A stretch of 64,000 nucleotides of DNA from an uncultured bacterium (GCA_963749495.1 CAVVMW010000010.1:288001-352000); one strand, 5' to 3'; shown: positions 21,318 through 32,548, counted from the first letter of the stretch. Notes: generated by a model from the sequence alone, not told the origin. Program-made: numbers and translations.

Positions 21318-22601
21318 TCAGCCTGTAGCCTTTAGTTCCCACGGGCTGCGCATCGGGCGGGTGAGCATGGCGTTGGCGGATTCGTCATTGTCGAACCGTT
21401 CGGCCTCGGGGTCCCATTTGAGCTTGCGTCCGACCCGGAGGGCGATGTTGGCGAGGTGGCAGACGGAGGAGACGCGGTGGCCAATATCGACGGGGAAGTA
21501 GGGGTCTTTGCGGCTCTTGACGCACTTGAGGAAGTCGTCGTGCTCGCCTTCGAGGTTTGTGTAGAGGTGGAGGTCGGTGGGGTCGATGGGCGAATTGAGG
21601 ATTTGGTCGGAGCTGGCCTCGACTTTGGCGCGCCAGCCGCGGTTGCCGACCCAGCCGTCGGTGCCGATGAATTTGATGCCGGGGTTGCCCGGGTTGCAGG
21701 TCATGACGACGCCGTTGGCGTAGCGGTAGGTGACGCTATAGTCTTTGACGGTGTTGAAGAGGCCGCCTTCCCAATGGTTGCCGGTGGCCTCGATCTCGAC
21801 GGGGCCGGTGCGCTCGGTGTCGTTGGCCCATTGGGCGGTATCGAAGAGGTGGGCGCCCCAGTCGCAGATGATGCCGCCGGAGTAATCCCAGATCCAACGG
21901 AAGTTGAAATGGACGCGGTCCTTGGTGTAGGGCGCGAACGGGGCGGGGCCGAGCCACATTTCATAATCCAGCCCGGGCGGGACCGGCTGGGGCGTCGGGT
22001 CGCCGGGGAAGGTCGGCTGGCGGGGGAGGATGACTTCGATCTTCTGGAGCTTGCCGATGCGGCCATTGCGCACCAACTCGGCCATCCGGTGGTACTCCGG
22101 CAGGGACCGGTCCTCGGTGCTGGTCTGGAAGACCTTGCCGAGTTGGCGCATGGTCTGGATCAAGAGCTTGCCTTCGCCAATGGTCAGTGTCGGCTTCTCG
22201 CATTGCACGTCTTTGCCCGCCCGCGCCGCCATGACGCTGATGAGCGTGTGCCAGTGGTCCGGGGTCGAGATCATCACGGCATCGATGTCCTTGCGGGCCA
22301 GGATGTCGCGAAAGTCCTTGGTCATGGCGCAATCCTCGTTGTCATATTTCGCGTCCACAATCATTTTGGCCCGCCGCATGCGGGCGCTGTCCACATCGCA
22401 GACCACCAGCACCCTGGCCGCGCTGAGTTCGATGTAGCGTTGCAGGTTCCAGTCAATGCCATGGCTGCCCGTGCCGATGAAGCCGATGGTGATTTTATTG
22501 CTGGGAGCGTCCGCGCCCAGGACCGATGCCGGAACGATACAGGGCAGGGCCACGCCGGCCGCTGCCGTGCGCACGAATTGCCGCCTGGTGATTCTCTTCA
22601 T
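21318..22601 (-). CDS. Tat-exported Gfo/Idh/MocA oxidoreductase
   Basis: TRRQFV signal; ISTPDHWH, CEKP, DWGAHLFD. Confidence 0.92.
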   Translation of the reverse strand: MKRITRRQFVRTAAAGVALPCIVPASVLGADAPSNKITIGFIGTGSHGIDWNLQRYIELSAARVLVVCDVDSARMRRAKMIVDAKYDNEDCAMTKDFRDILARKDIDAVMISTPDHWHTLISVMAARAGKDVQCEKPTLTIGEGKLLIQTMRQLGKVFQTSTEDRSLPEYHRMAELVRNGRIGKLQKIEVILPRQPTFPGDPTPQPVPPGLDYEMWLGPAPFAPYTKDRVHFNFRWIWDYSGGIICDWGAHLFDTAQWANDTERTGPVEIEATGNHWEGGLFNTVKDYSVTYRYANGVVMTCNPGNPGIKFIGTDGWVGNRGWRAKVEASSDQILNSPIDPTDLHLYTNLEGEHDDFLKCVKSRKDPYFPVDIGHRVSSVCHLANIALRVGRKLKWDPEAERFDNDESANAMLTRPMRSPWELKATG

Positions 22602-22710
22602 AGTTGCCTCGACTGCACGTTATGGATTGGTTTGCGCGCCCAACAAAATCATTCGGTTGCAGGAAGACAAGCAAAATCATTATTGGCAAAATCATGGGAT
22701 GGGGGTCCAC

Positions 22711-22791
22711 GGTTCAGGGTTCAGGGTTCACGGTTGAGGGTTTAAGGTTCAGGGTTCAGGGTTCACGTTTCACGTTTCACGTTTCACGTTC
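22711..22791. repeat. (GGTTCAG)n grading into (TTTCACG)n heptamer arrays; TTTCACG also at 21244-21271
   Basis: Read directly. Confidence 0.9.
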
Positions 22792-22863
22792 CATTCTCCC
22801 TCGTATTTCTCCTTGAGCGCGCCCGGGGAATGTCCGAGTGTTGAGCCTGGAGCGCGCCAACCT

Positions 22864-23913
22864 ATGGACCCGCGCCGTGAATTCGAGACGCTGCTGTCGG
22901 GCCCGGGGCCGATGCTGGCCCTGGCCCCGATGCAGGACGTGACGGACCTGCCCTTCTGGCGCTTGCTCAGCGCCTATGGCGGGGCCGATCTCTATTTCAC
23001 CGAGTACTTCCGCGTCCACGCCACCTCGATCCTCGACAAGCGCATCCTCAAGTCGGTGACCGAAAACCCCACCGGCCGCCCGGTCATCGCCCAGATGATC
23101 GGCCACGACGTGGCCGCGCTCGTCCGCACCGCGCGCGAGTTGCAGTGCTACCCGGTGGCCGCAGTGGACCTCAACCTCGGCTGCCCCGCCCCGGTGGTCT
23201 ATCGCAAGTGCGCCGGCGGCGGCTTGCTGCGCGAGCCCAAACGGGTGGACTCCATCCTCGGCGCACTGCGCGACGCCGTCAAAATCCGGTTCACCGTCAA
23301 GACCCGCGTCGGCTTCGATTCGCCCGAGGTGTTTTCGGAGTTGCTGCCCATCTTCGCCCGGCACGCGCTGGACTTGCTCACCGTCCACGGCCGGACGGTC
23401 CGCGAGATGTATCGCAGCCCGGTGCGCTACGACCTCATCGCGCGCGCGGCGGCCGAGATGCGGTGCCCGGTCCTGGCCAATGGCAACATCTATTCGGCCC
23501 AAAAAGCGGCCGAGGTGCTGCAAACCACCGGCGCGCGCGGGCTCATGATCGGCCGCGGCGCCATTCGCAACCCGTGGCTGTTCCGGCAGATTCGGCAGCG
23601 CCAGCGCGGCGAGCCGCCCTTGGTCCCGCGCGGCCGCGATGTCCTGGGCTATGTGCGGGCGCTCTACCAGGCCGTGTGCGACCCCGGCGCGCGCGAATCC
23701 TCCCAAGTGCAGCGGATGAAAAAATACATGAATTACCTGGGCCTGGGCGCCGAGCCGACCGGCCAGTTCCTCCACCGCATCCGCCGCGCCAGCACCCAGG
23801 CGGAGTTCTTCGGCACGTGCGAAGAGTTCCTCGACCACGACCACCCCATGCCTCTGGAGCCGTTCCCCCTCGACCTGCACGAGGCCGATGTGGTGGCGGG
23901 GGAGCAGAGGTGA
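22864..23913 (+). CDS. tRNA-dihydrouridine synthase family protein
   Basis: LAPMQDVTD, DLNLGCP, TVHGRT, ANGNI, MIGRGAIRNPW. Confidence 0.92.
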   Translation: MDPRREFETLLSGPGPMLALAPMQDVTDLPFWRLLSAYGGADLYFTEYFRVHATSILDKRILKSVTENPTGRPVIAQMIGHDVAALVRTARELQCYPVAAVDLNLGCPAPVVYRKCAGGGLLREPKRVDSILGALRDAVKIRFTVKTRVGFDSPEVFSELLPIFARHALDLLTVHGRTVREMYRSPVRYDLIARAAAEMRCPVLANGNIYSAQKAAEVLQTTGARGLMIGRGAIRNPWLFRQIRQRQRGEPPLVPRGRDVLGYVRALYQAVCDPGARESSQVQRMKKYMNYLGLGAEPTGQFLHRIRRASTQAEFFGTCEEFLDHDHPMPLEPFPLDLHEADVVAGEQR

Positions 23914-24065
23914 ACTCAATCGAACGACGCAACACTGACACAACCTTTGTCGCACCCTTTGTCGGGTCCTTTGTCGAGAACGGGTGCCTTCGACAAAGGT
24001 TGCGACAAAGGCCGCGACGAAGGTTCGAAATCCGTATAAGGAGCTTTCATGACGTGGAGCACTCT

Positions 24066-24494
24066 TTATCCGTATCGGTATGGCCGTGACATGGGGAAGG
24101 CGTTGGGCAAGTGGCGCACTTCTTTCACGGCGCCATCGGCCAGAAGGACTTCCACAATGTCGAAGCGGACCTTTACGGCCGGTTGGCGGAGCAGGCCCAG
24201 GTAGTCAAGCCCCGCGCGCGTCAACCGCCAGCGGCGCTCGGCATCGACGGCCGACGCGGGCCGGCCCCATTCCTCCGAGGAACGCGCCTTGACCTCGACG
24301 AAGACCAGGCAGTCCACGTCGCGAAAGACCAGGTCGATCTCGCCGCGCGGGGTGCGGAAGTTGGCGGTGAGGAACTTGAGGCCGTGCCGTTTGAGGTGCC
24401 GTTTGGCGGCGCGTTCGCCGAGCAGGCCATAGCGTAAATGCGCCGGTCGCGGCGGCTTGGTCCACCAGGCAAGCAGGCGCGAGAGCAGATTCAT
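24066..24494 (-). CDS. YraN family protein
   Basis: GE.AA..L, GEIDLV, LVFVEVKAR, RFDIV. Confidence 0.92.
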   Translation of the reverse strand: MNLLSRLLAWWTKPPRPAHLRYGLLGERAAKRHLKRHGLKFLTANFRTPRGEIDLVFRDVDCLVFVEVKARSSEEWGRPASAVDAERRWRLTRAGLDYLGLLRQPAVKVRFDIVEVLLADGAVKEVRHLPNAFPMSRPYRYG

Positions 24495-24731
24495 CCTGCA
24501 CCCGGCAGTTGAGGTTTTTCAACCACGGATGAACACGGATGCACACGGATGCGAAGACTGTTCGAGCGCCTCACGCAATGGGTGAGTGCCCGTCGTCTCG
24601 GTTCTGCTTCGAATCCGTGTCGATCCGTGTTCATCCGTGGTTGAAACAGCGTTTTCAGCCCGCTTCCGCTGGCGCAAATCATTTTGCTCGCCTGCCCGGC
24701 ACCTTCTATAACTGCGGCGGTCACAAGACAA

Positions 24732-25667
24732 ATGAAATCGGCCCTGGAAAACGGCGAGACAGCCCGCAGGAAGTGCCCGGTGTGCGGCGGCGTCCAGGCG
24801 CGGCTGCGCCTGGAAAAGGCCGGCCTGCGCCTGGTGCGCTGCGCGCTCTGCTCGATGGTCTATGCCGATTCTGCGCCCCCCGAGTTCGCCTCGGGCCGCT
24901 ATTACGACCAGGCCGGCACGGAGTATTATCTCTCTGCGGCGAAGCTGGAGGGGGACTACGCCCCCGCGCGGTTCGAGCGCGAGCTGTGCCTCTTGCGCAG
25001 GCATTGCCCGCGCGGCCGCGTGCTGGACGTTGGCTGTTCCTCGGGGGCGTTCCTGTTCCAGTTGAAAAGCCGATTCCCCGCGGACTACGAAATCCTGGGA
25101 ACCGACGTGAGCGGGGCGCCGCTGGACTATGCGGAGTCGCGGGGGGTCCCCGTGGCGCGCGGCGATTTCCTGGCCCAGGATTTCGATTCGGGCGGCCGGC
25201 CATTCGACGCTGTCACCTTTTGGGCTGTGCTCGAGCACCTGGCCCAGCCGGGGGCATTTCTCGAGCGGGCCTGGTCGGCGCTCGGGCCGGCGGGGCTTTG
25301 CTTTGTGCTGGTGCCCAACCTGGACTCGCTGGCTATGCGGTTGTTGGGCGCGCGCTACCGCTACGTGTACGCGCAGCACCTGAACTATTTCACTCAGGAC
25401 ACACTGCGGCGGCTGGCGCAGGCGCGGTTCCGCGTGGTCGAGACCCGCTTCACCCATTTCAACCCGGTGGTGCTCTGGCAGGACTGGCGGCGGGGCCCGG
25501 CGGAAGTCTCCAACCCGGAACGCGCCGCCCTGCTCCAGCGCACCACCGCCTGGAAGCAGAACCCCCGGCTGGCGCCGCTCCGGGCCCTTTACCGGCTGGC
25601 CGAGCGGACCCTCGGCGCGTTTGGCCTGGCGGACAATGTGGCCATGGTGATGAGGAAAGGCGGCTAA
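24732..25667 (+). CDS. Class I SAM-dependent methyltransferase with N-terminal Cys cluster
   Basis: CPVC/CALC, VLDVGCSSGAFL, WAVLEHL, HLNYF. Confidence 0.88.
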   Translation: MKSALENGETARRKCPVCGGVQARLRLEKAGLRLVRCALCSMVYADSAPPEFASGRYYDQAGTEYYLSAAKLEGDYAPARFERELCLLRRHCPRGRVLDVGCSSGAFLFQLKSRFPADYEILGTDVSGAPLDYAESRGVPVARGDFLAQDFDSGGRPFDAVTFWAVLEHLAQPGAFLERAWSALGPAGLCFVLVPNLDSLAMRLLGARYRYVYAQHLNYFTQDTLRRLAQARFRVVETRFTHFNPVVLWQDWRRGPAEVSNPERAALLQRTTAWKQNPRLAPLRALYRLAERTLGAFGLADNVAMVMRKGG

Positions 25668-25819
25668 AGGCTAAAGGCTAAAGGCTAAAGGCTGAAGGCA
25701 GGGGCGTGAACCCTGAACCGTGAAACCGAGAAGGCCAAGAGCTAAAGGCTGAAGGCTGAATTACGCGGGACGGCCGTGCCGGCTTGACTGATACCGTATA
25801 TGCGCATAAGGGTTTGTTC

Positions 25820-27195
25820 GTGCGAATTACCAATCTCAATCCGGGTGCGGCCATCGGCGCCTCGGCCTGGTTCGTCGAGCTGGAGGGCCATCGGCTGCTG
25901 ATGGACGCCGGCATCGATCCCAAGAGCGAGGGGCGCGAGAGCCTGCCGCGGTACGACCTGGTCAAGGGGGAGGAGCTCGATGCGATAGCGATTTCGCATT
26001 GCCATCACGATCACGTGGGGTCGCTCCCGGTGGCGCTGCGTTACTTTCCCCAGGCCCATGTCCTGATGAGCGAATTGAGCTATTTCCTGGTCGAACGCGT
26101 GCTCCACAACTCGGTCAACGTGATGAAGCGCCAGCGCGACGAGCTGGGCATCCGGGAATACCCGCTCTTCAGCCACGACGAGGTGGACGACATCGCCCCG
26201 CGATTCGAGGGATTCAAATACAATCGCGAGATCGACTGGGCGGCCTTTCACAAGACCCGCGCCGGGTTCCTGTCGCCGACGCTGGAGTTCTACGATGCCG
26301 GGCATGCCTTGGGTTCTGCGGGCCTGATGGTGCGCGGGCAGCGGGAGACGCTCTTTTACACCGGGGACGTCTGTTTCCACGACCAGACGCTTCTGAGGAG
26401 CGCGCGGTTCGAGGACGTGCAAGCGCGGGTGCTGCTGATGGAGACCACGCGCGGCAACCGGGACCTGCCGCCGGGGGTCACGCGCCAGACGGAGATTGCG
26501 CGGCTGCGCCAGGCCATCGTTCACGCCCTGGCTGCCAAACGCTCGATCCTCATCCCAACCTTCGCCCTGGGACGCACACAGGAAATCCTGGCCCTGCTGG
26601 CCCTGATGGTCGGCGAACGCCAACTCAAACCCCAGCCCATCTTCATCGGCGGCCTGGGCCGCGTCTTCACCGAGATCTACGACCTGGAATCCCATCGCGC
26701 TCATCGCCAATACCCCAACCTCCAGTTGCACGAGGCCCTCAACCTCGTCGTCCTCGAACAAGGCCAGGCCGACAAGATGAAGCTGGGCGGCGGGCGCATC
26801 TTCGTCATGACCGCCGGCATGATGAGCGAGAACACCCCCGCCCACGACCTGGCCGCCCGCATGGCCGGCGACGAACACCAGGCCATCTTCTTCGTCGGCT
26901 ACACCGACCCCGATACCCCCGGCGGCCGCCTCCGCGCCGCCAGAAAGGGCGAGACGGTCCTCTTTAGCCCCATGGCCGGCAAAGTCACGCGCCGCTGCCA
27001 GATCGAGGACTTTGACCTCACCGCCCACGCCAACCGCAGGGACATGCTCGATTTCGTCAGCCAGGTCGAGCCCCGCGTGGTCCTGCTCACTCACGGCGAC
27101 CAGGACTCTCGCGACTGGTTCGAGAAGCAATCCGCGCCCGCCACCCCAGGACCAAGATCCTCCAGCCTAAACCGGGAGAAACGCTTGAGGTCTAA
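25820..27195 (+). CDS. Metallo-beta-lactamase / beta-CASP RNase family hydrolase (frameshift near 27130)
   Basis: SHCHHDHVGS, AGHALGSA, YTGD, FALGRTQE, AHAN, LTHGD. Corrected frame ends GETLEV at TAA 27193-27195. Confidence 0.88.
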
Positions 27196-27312
27196 GGCTA
27201 AAGGCTGAAGGCTAAAGGCTAAAGGCTAAAGGTAGAAGGCGGCGCGCGCCAAACCCCAATCTGCGGCGTGCAGAGCAGGGTTGAGACAAAGGGCGCGAGA
27301 CAAAGTGACTTT

Positions 27313-28221
27313 TCAGGTGTGGGGCAGACCTCTGGTCTGCCGGTCTGGGTCTTCGAAGTACCTGTAGGGTTTGGTGATCCGGCCTTTCAAAAAGCCGCTT
27401 TGTGTAGCGCTCTTAATGATGTCGTTTGCCGCTTCGACAATCACGCGCGTACAGCGCGAGCAATACGGGAGGGTGAAAGCTGCGTAGTCATTGTGCGCGT
27501 ACCTGCCTCGGATAAAGTCAGGGCTCGCACCTTTAAGGTCGCCGTACAGTGCCTGGTCGTCGTCTCCAACCAGAAGGACGGGGCTTCGCTCAGCGAGAAG
27601 ATCAATGAGCGATACCTCAAGTTTATTGAAGTCCTGGAACTCATCTACGACAACCTGGCCGTAAGCCGGTATTTTATCTCTGCGTTTCTCCCAGTACTTT
27701 ACGAGAGCGAATACGATGTCGGAGAAGCCATAATATCCATAGTAACGCTTCCGATTCCTGTAGAACCCTATATGCTCGTTACCGTCTTCCCTGTTGTGAA
27801 ATATGTGGTCGAAATCAACATCCGCGTTCAGGAGCATTCGAGCATCCTCCCTTACGACATTCGAGAGCTTGGGGAAAATGTTGGCCTCGATCTGGGCAGC
27901 CTTACTAAGGGCGCTACGAGCGTAAGAATGCAAAGTCCGAACCTCGGACAAGCCGCACAGCTCCAACGATAGATCGTCAACAAGAGCGTTGACGAACGTG
28001 AGCGTGAGGGTGTTTTTCTTGCCTTCTAGCATTCCTCTGAAGAGAAAGGTCTTACCCGTCCCCGGGCCAGCCACCACTATCTTCTTCCTGGCCGCTGAGG
28101 CTACAACGGCCCGAACGTGACTGTCCCTGTCGCTGTTCGATTTGGCGTAATAGTCCGCCTGGTGGCGTTGGCTTTCCGGAGGGCGAAAGGGACTTTGAGC
28201 TGGGGTCGCTCGTGCCGACAT
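27313..28221 (-). pseudogene. UvrD/Rep (SF1) helicase, C-terminally truncated
   Basis: AGPGTGKT, VVDEFQD, VGDDDQALY; ends after about 300 aa without C-terminal helicase motifs; visibly lower GC than flanks. Confidence 0.7.
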
Positions 28222-28260
28222 GGCCGCTGCTTCGGGGCGTGGCATGGGTGTTGGATAGGG

Positions 28261-28606
28261 TTAGCGGTACACGGCTTCGACTTGGTGTCGGGGAAGGTCC
28301 AGCACCCTGGAGTTGACAGCGAACAACGGGTCGAGCGGATGGGCGATGCTGATGCGCTTAGCCTCCGCCCCGAGCCGGAACACCTGGGTATCACCGTCGA
28401 ACGAGTGGGACTGGCGGCGCATCTTGAGCAGTTGGGCCAGCCGCGAGGTGCTCAGGGGACGTTCTCATCTCGTGCTTGGTTTCGAGCGTGACCCCTTCAA
28501 TCGGCGTCCGTTCACCAAACGCGGCAACGCGCCGAACCTCGACCAGTTCATCCGGCTCCAGGCCAGAGATGATGTCGCCGGCTGCGATGATCTGATTATC
28601 AATCAT
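28261..28606 (-). pseudogene. N-terminal remnant of a SNF2-type helicase
   Basis: MIDNQIIAAGDIISGLEPDELVEV, then a shifted frame FDGDTQVFRLGAEAKRISIAHPLDPLFAVNSRVLDLPRHQVEAVYR-stop, resembling the Q-motif region. Confidence 0.6.
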
Positions 28607-29175
28607 TTTCTGCGCGCGCGTGCGTCCGCCCGATCCTTGTAAAGGGAAAGGGAATGATGTTCGAGCCTTATTTATTGGAGGGTGTTGCGAGATGCATTAG
28701 CCCGGTGGGGCCTTCCAGCCCGTTACTTCTTCCGGTGGCGTGTCCATGGGGCGGTCGGAGACCGATGAGTTGGGGCCGCACGGTCACAAGTCGATCGAAT
28801 CCTCGTTCCGTCAACGGAAGTAGTTGCGGAGGGCGTTGGGCAGGCGGATGCTGCGGAGGTTGTGGTGGTCTTCGAACTGGCGAAGGCCTTGGGAATCGCG
28901 GCCCGCCGTGCGGGATCGGTCCCGGGGGTTGAATTCGTGTTGGCTGAGGATTCCCCAGCGGTCGGTGTAGTGGCGGTTCGCCTTACCGCCGTGCCAGTAG
29001 TGGGGGACGTGCCCGGCAGCCCCTCACCCCAACCCTCTCCCCGTCTGACGAGGAGAGGGAGAAGGGCCGGGCAACGTCGTGGCGGATGTTGCAATCGGCG
29101 GCCGCTTCGGCGTTGCGGGCGCGGACGCGGTGTTTGTTGGGTTCCTCCCAGGCCGCGAACAGGGGTTTGAGCGCC

Positions 29176-29455
29176 TCAGCGCTGCGCCAAAACTTCGTCA
29201 AAGCCTTCCCAATCGGCGGGGTCGCCGTGCCCATAGAGGTCGCCGACTCGGGCAACCGGCTTGTCACCTTGTCGCCGGGCTAATTCCGCCGCGCTGAGGT
29301 TGTCAAAAAAACTCCCATGGCGTGGGTCCGGCTGCAGCGAGCCGTCATTGGACCGCCGCAAGGCCTGCTGGACCTGCAAAAACTCCTCATACGGCAGCAC
29401 GGCAAACTGCGGCTCGCCATCTTTCGTCAAAATTTCCGGATGGAGGCTCAATCAT
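29176..29455 (-). CDS. Small antitoxin-like protein (Phd/YefM-like N-terminus), possibly frameshifted at the start
   Basis: LHPEILTKDGEPQFAVLPYEEF. Confidence 0.5.
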
Positions 29456-29814
29456 AAAATCACCTCGACTTTAGAGCATCCGGGCGTGGTTTTCGAGCGT
29501 TTAATTTGGTGTTGCCGCCTGGCTCACTTGCTCTTCATCCCGGAGGGACGCCTGAGAATAGCCCAACGCTTCAGCGTTGGGTGGTGGGGCCGAGGCGGTC
29601 GAGTCCCGAAGGGACGGCTGAAATGGCGGGCCGCTCAGCCGTCCCTTCGGGACTGGACCGTTTTGGGGCACGCCAACCCAATGCTAAAGCATTGGGCTAT
29701 TCTCATGTGTCCCTCCGGGACAGGATCGGGGCGCGGCTTGCGTCTGGATACTTTTGAATTGCGGACTAAAGCCGAAGCACCTCCTTGAGCCTGCTCTTGA
29801 TCTGCTGGCGAATT

Positions 29815-30064
29815 TCATCGTTCCGGCTTCTGGATACCCGCTTTGGCCATGGCCTGCTCAAACTCAAGGCGCTCTTTTGGATATTTGCGGTAGGCGTCGG
29901 CAAAATAGCCGTCCGGACGCAGGGCTTGGAAGCGGCTCGTGACCACCGGCAAGCCGGCGCGAATGGCCATTCTCAGGACGGTCAGCCGGCTTCTCACGCG
30001 TGAGGGAAACGGCGTTCCGCACCTCTGCTGCGAGCTCTTCATCCAGATCAACGCTGGTCTTCAT
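29815..30064 (-). CDS. Small ribbon-helix-helix antitoxin-like protein (frameshift near 29985)
   Basis: MKTSVDLDEELAAEV... continues in another frame as TVLRMAIRAGLP...RPDGYFADAY. Confidence 0.5.
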
Positions 30065-30081
30065 AGCTCCATTTTTCAAAG

Positions 30082-30853
30082 TCAGCGCAGCCGGCGCATG
30101 AGGCTGCGGGCGCGGCGGACCCAGAACGCGGTCGCGCCTGCGCTGGAAGACCGGGGCGTGGGCGTCATCGGCGACGACCTCGCTGACCTCGGAGCGGGCC
30201 AGGTCGCGCTGGTTGCTGGCCAGGTAAAGCTCGGCCAATTGGACCTTGGCGCGCGGGTAGGAGTGATTGGCGGTGACTTGGAGCCACAGAGTCAGGGCGG
30301 CGTCGGTCTGGCCCAGGGCAGTGAGGGCCTCGGCCAGGGCCATCAGGGAGTGGCCGTAATCATGTTTGGGGTTTTCGGCGACGACGCCCTCGAGCAAGGG
30401 GCGCGCCTCGGCCGGTCTTTTTTGGCGCAGCAGGCATTGGCCCAGGTGGGCGCGGGTGTCGATGTCCGCCGGGTCGCGTTCGAGGGCGGCGCGGTAGCAC
30501 TCCTCGGCCTTCTGGAGTTTGTCCCGGTGGAAATAGATGTCCCCGAGTTGGAAGTAATGGTGCGGCTTGTCCAAGTGGTGGATTTGGGCCTCCAGCTCTT
30601 TGATGCGCCGCCGGTCGGAGGCGCCGGGCAGTTCGAAGCCGCGAGTGGCCGAAGGCGCCGCGCGATAGACGGCAAAGAAGTAAAGCACGGCTGAGAAACC
30701 GAACCCGAAGAAGATGAACACCGCCCAGAGCCATTCCCGGCGGCGCAGGGCATCGATGAACATCCAGAGGCTGAAAAGGAACACCAGCAAGGGCGCCGCA
30801 TAGCCGCTCCAATCCCCTGCGCGCAGCAGTTGCGTGAGCAGCGAGGCTTGCAT
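30082..30853 (-). CDS. Membrane-anchored tetratricopeptide repeat protein (frameshift near 30125)
   Basis: Two N-terminal TM helices then TPR motifs (YFQLGDIY, AHLGQCL); corrected C-terminus RDRVWVRRARSLMRRLR. Confidence 0.8.
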
Positions 30854-30980
30854 GGACCCAGAGCTTAATCGGGCCGGGCGCCTGGCGCAACCAAGGGTTT
30901 TCTGGCTTTGCGCCGGGGGCCGATTGTGCCATGCTCGGGGCCGGCATGAACGGCAGAACACAATCGAGACGAGAATCACC

Positions 30981-32369
30981 ATGAAAACCCACTCCTTGAC
31001 ACGACGGCATTTCCTAGAGCAGACGGGCGGGCTGGCCCTGGCGGCGGCTGCGTTTCCTTCGTTCGTCCCGGCCTCGGCGCTGGGGCGGGAGGGCAACACC
31101 GCGCCCAGCGAACGCGTGGTTGTGGCCGCCATCGGCGTGGGGCCGCAGGGATTGGGCGATATGGGCAATTTCCTGGCCCAAGCGGACGCGCAGGTGGTGG
31201 CGGTGTGCGACACCAAGGCCGATCAACTCGAGCAAGCCCGTCAGGCCGTGAACGGGCATTACCAGAACCAGGACTGCGCCGCTGTGGGTGATTTGCTCGA
31301 GGTGACCGCCCGCAAGGACATCAATGCCTGCCTCATTGCCACGCCCAACCATTGGCACGTCCTGGCGGCGCTCGAGGCGGTGCGGGCGGGCAAGGACGTG
31401 TATGTGGAGAAGCCGCTGGGCTTGAGCCTGACCGAGGACTGGACCTTGCGCCAGGAGGTGCACCGGTGCGGGCGCGTGTTCCAGTTCGGCACGCAGCAGC
31501 GGTCCTCCCGCCTCTTCCGGCTGGCCTGCGAGTTGGTGCGCAACGGGCGCATCGGCAAGCTCAAGCACATCAACGTCTGGGCGCCGGGCAGCGCCCCGGG
31601 CGGCTCCACGCAGGTTGTCCCCGTTCCCAAGGGCCTGAACTACGACCGCTGGCTGGGCCCGGCCCCGTTCCGGCCCCACACGCAGGACCTCTGCACGGCC
31701 GACGGCGTCAAGAAGACCTGGTGGTTCATCTCCGATTTTGCCCTGGGCTTCATCGCGGGCTGGGGCATTCACCCGATCGACATCGCGCTGTGGGGCGGCG
31801 GCGACCTCTTGAACGGACCGGTTGAAATCCAGGGACGCGGCACCTTCCACGCCGAAGGGGCGTGCGACACCGCCACGGTGTGGAACGTGGGGATGAAATT
31901 TGCCAGCGGCGTCACGCTCCAGTACGTGGGCGTTCCCAATGGCGGCAACGCAGACCGGCCCACCCCCGACCCCTGGTTCCAGGCCGACGAATGGAGGCAG
32001 CGTTATCACCGCATCAGCAGCCACGGCACCGCCTTCGAGGGCGCCGAGGGCTGGGTACACGTGGACCGCGAAGGCATCCATCTCCAGCCCGAGAGCCTCA
32101 TCGACGAAAAGGAAGAGGCCTTCGCAACCCAGCTTAAGAAGAGCTCAAATCATGTCCGCGATTTCCTGGACTGCGTCAAAAGCCGCGCCCAGACCATCTG
32201 CCCCATCGACGAGTCGGTGCGCGGCAACGCCCTCTGCCACCTGAGCGACATCGCCATCCGCCTCAATCGCAAGGTGGTTTGGGACCTCTCCAAGGAGTGC
32301 TTCCTGGAGGACGAGGAGGCCAACCTCCGGCTGCGCGCCCGCAAGATGCGCCCGCCCTGGCATCTGTGA
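30981..32369 (+). CDS. Tat-exported Gfo/Idh/MocA oxidoreductase
   Basis: TRRHFL signal; ATPNHWH, YVEKP, QFGTQQRS, WGIHPID. Confidence 0.92.
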   Translation: MKTHSLTRRHFLEQTGGLALAAAAFPSFVPASALGREGNTAPSERVVVAAIGVGPQGLGDMGNFLAQADAQVVAVCDTKADQLEQARQAVNGHYQNQDCAAVGDLLEVTARKDINACLIATPNHWHVLAALEAVRAGKDVYVEKPLGLSLTEDWTLRQEVHRCGRVFQFGTQQRSSRLFRLACELVRNGRIGKLKHINVWAPGSAPGGSTQVVPVPKGLNYDRWLGPAPFRPHTQDLCTADGVKKTWWFISDFALGFIAGWGIHPIDIALWGGGDLLNGPVEIQGRGTFHAEGACDTATVWNVGMKFASGVTLQYVGVPNGGNADRPTPDPWFQADEWRQRYHRISSHGTAFEGAEGWVHVDREGIHLQPESLIDEKEEAFATQLKKSSNHVRDFLDCVKSRAQTICPIDESVRGNALCHLSDIAIRLNRKVVWDLSKECFLEDEEANLRLRARKMRPPWHL

Positions 32370-32379
32370 CTTGGGGGGG

Positions 32380-32470
32380 CCTTTGTCGCAGCCTTTGTCG
32401 AAACCTTTGTCGAGAAATGGCCAATCCGACAAAGGTTTCGACAAAGGCTGCGACAAAGGTCTGGAATCAG
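32380..32470. repeat. Period-12 inverted array (cctttgtcg...)x3 / (cgacaaagg...)x3; copies at about 37701-37790 (reversed), 23937-24027 (variant) and 1-20 (partial)
   Basis: Read directly. Confidence 0.92.
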
Positions 32471-32548
32471 TGTCCGGCTGCGCTCTGTAACCCCAGGGCG
32501 CCAACTCGGGGGGATTGCCTGGCATGTTTGCCCGATCTATATTGAATT

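Noticed and set aside
27313..28221. Gabija GajB
   Set aside because: It is a short UvrD-like ORF, but there is no adjacent OLD-family GajA and the gene appears truncated.
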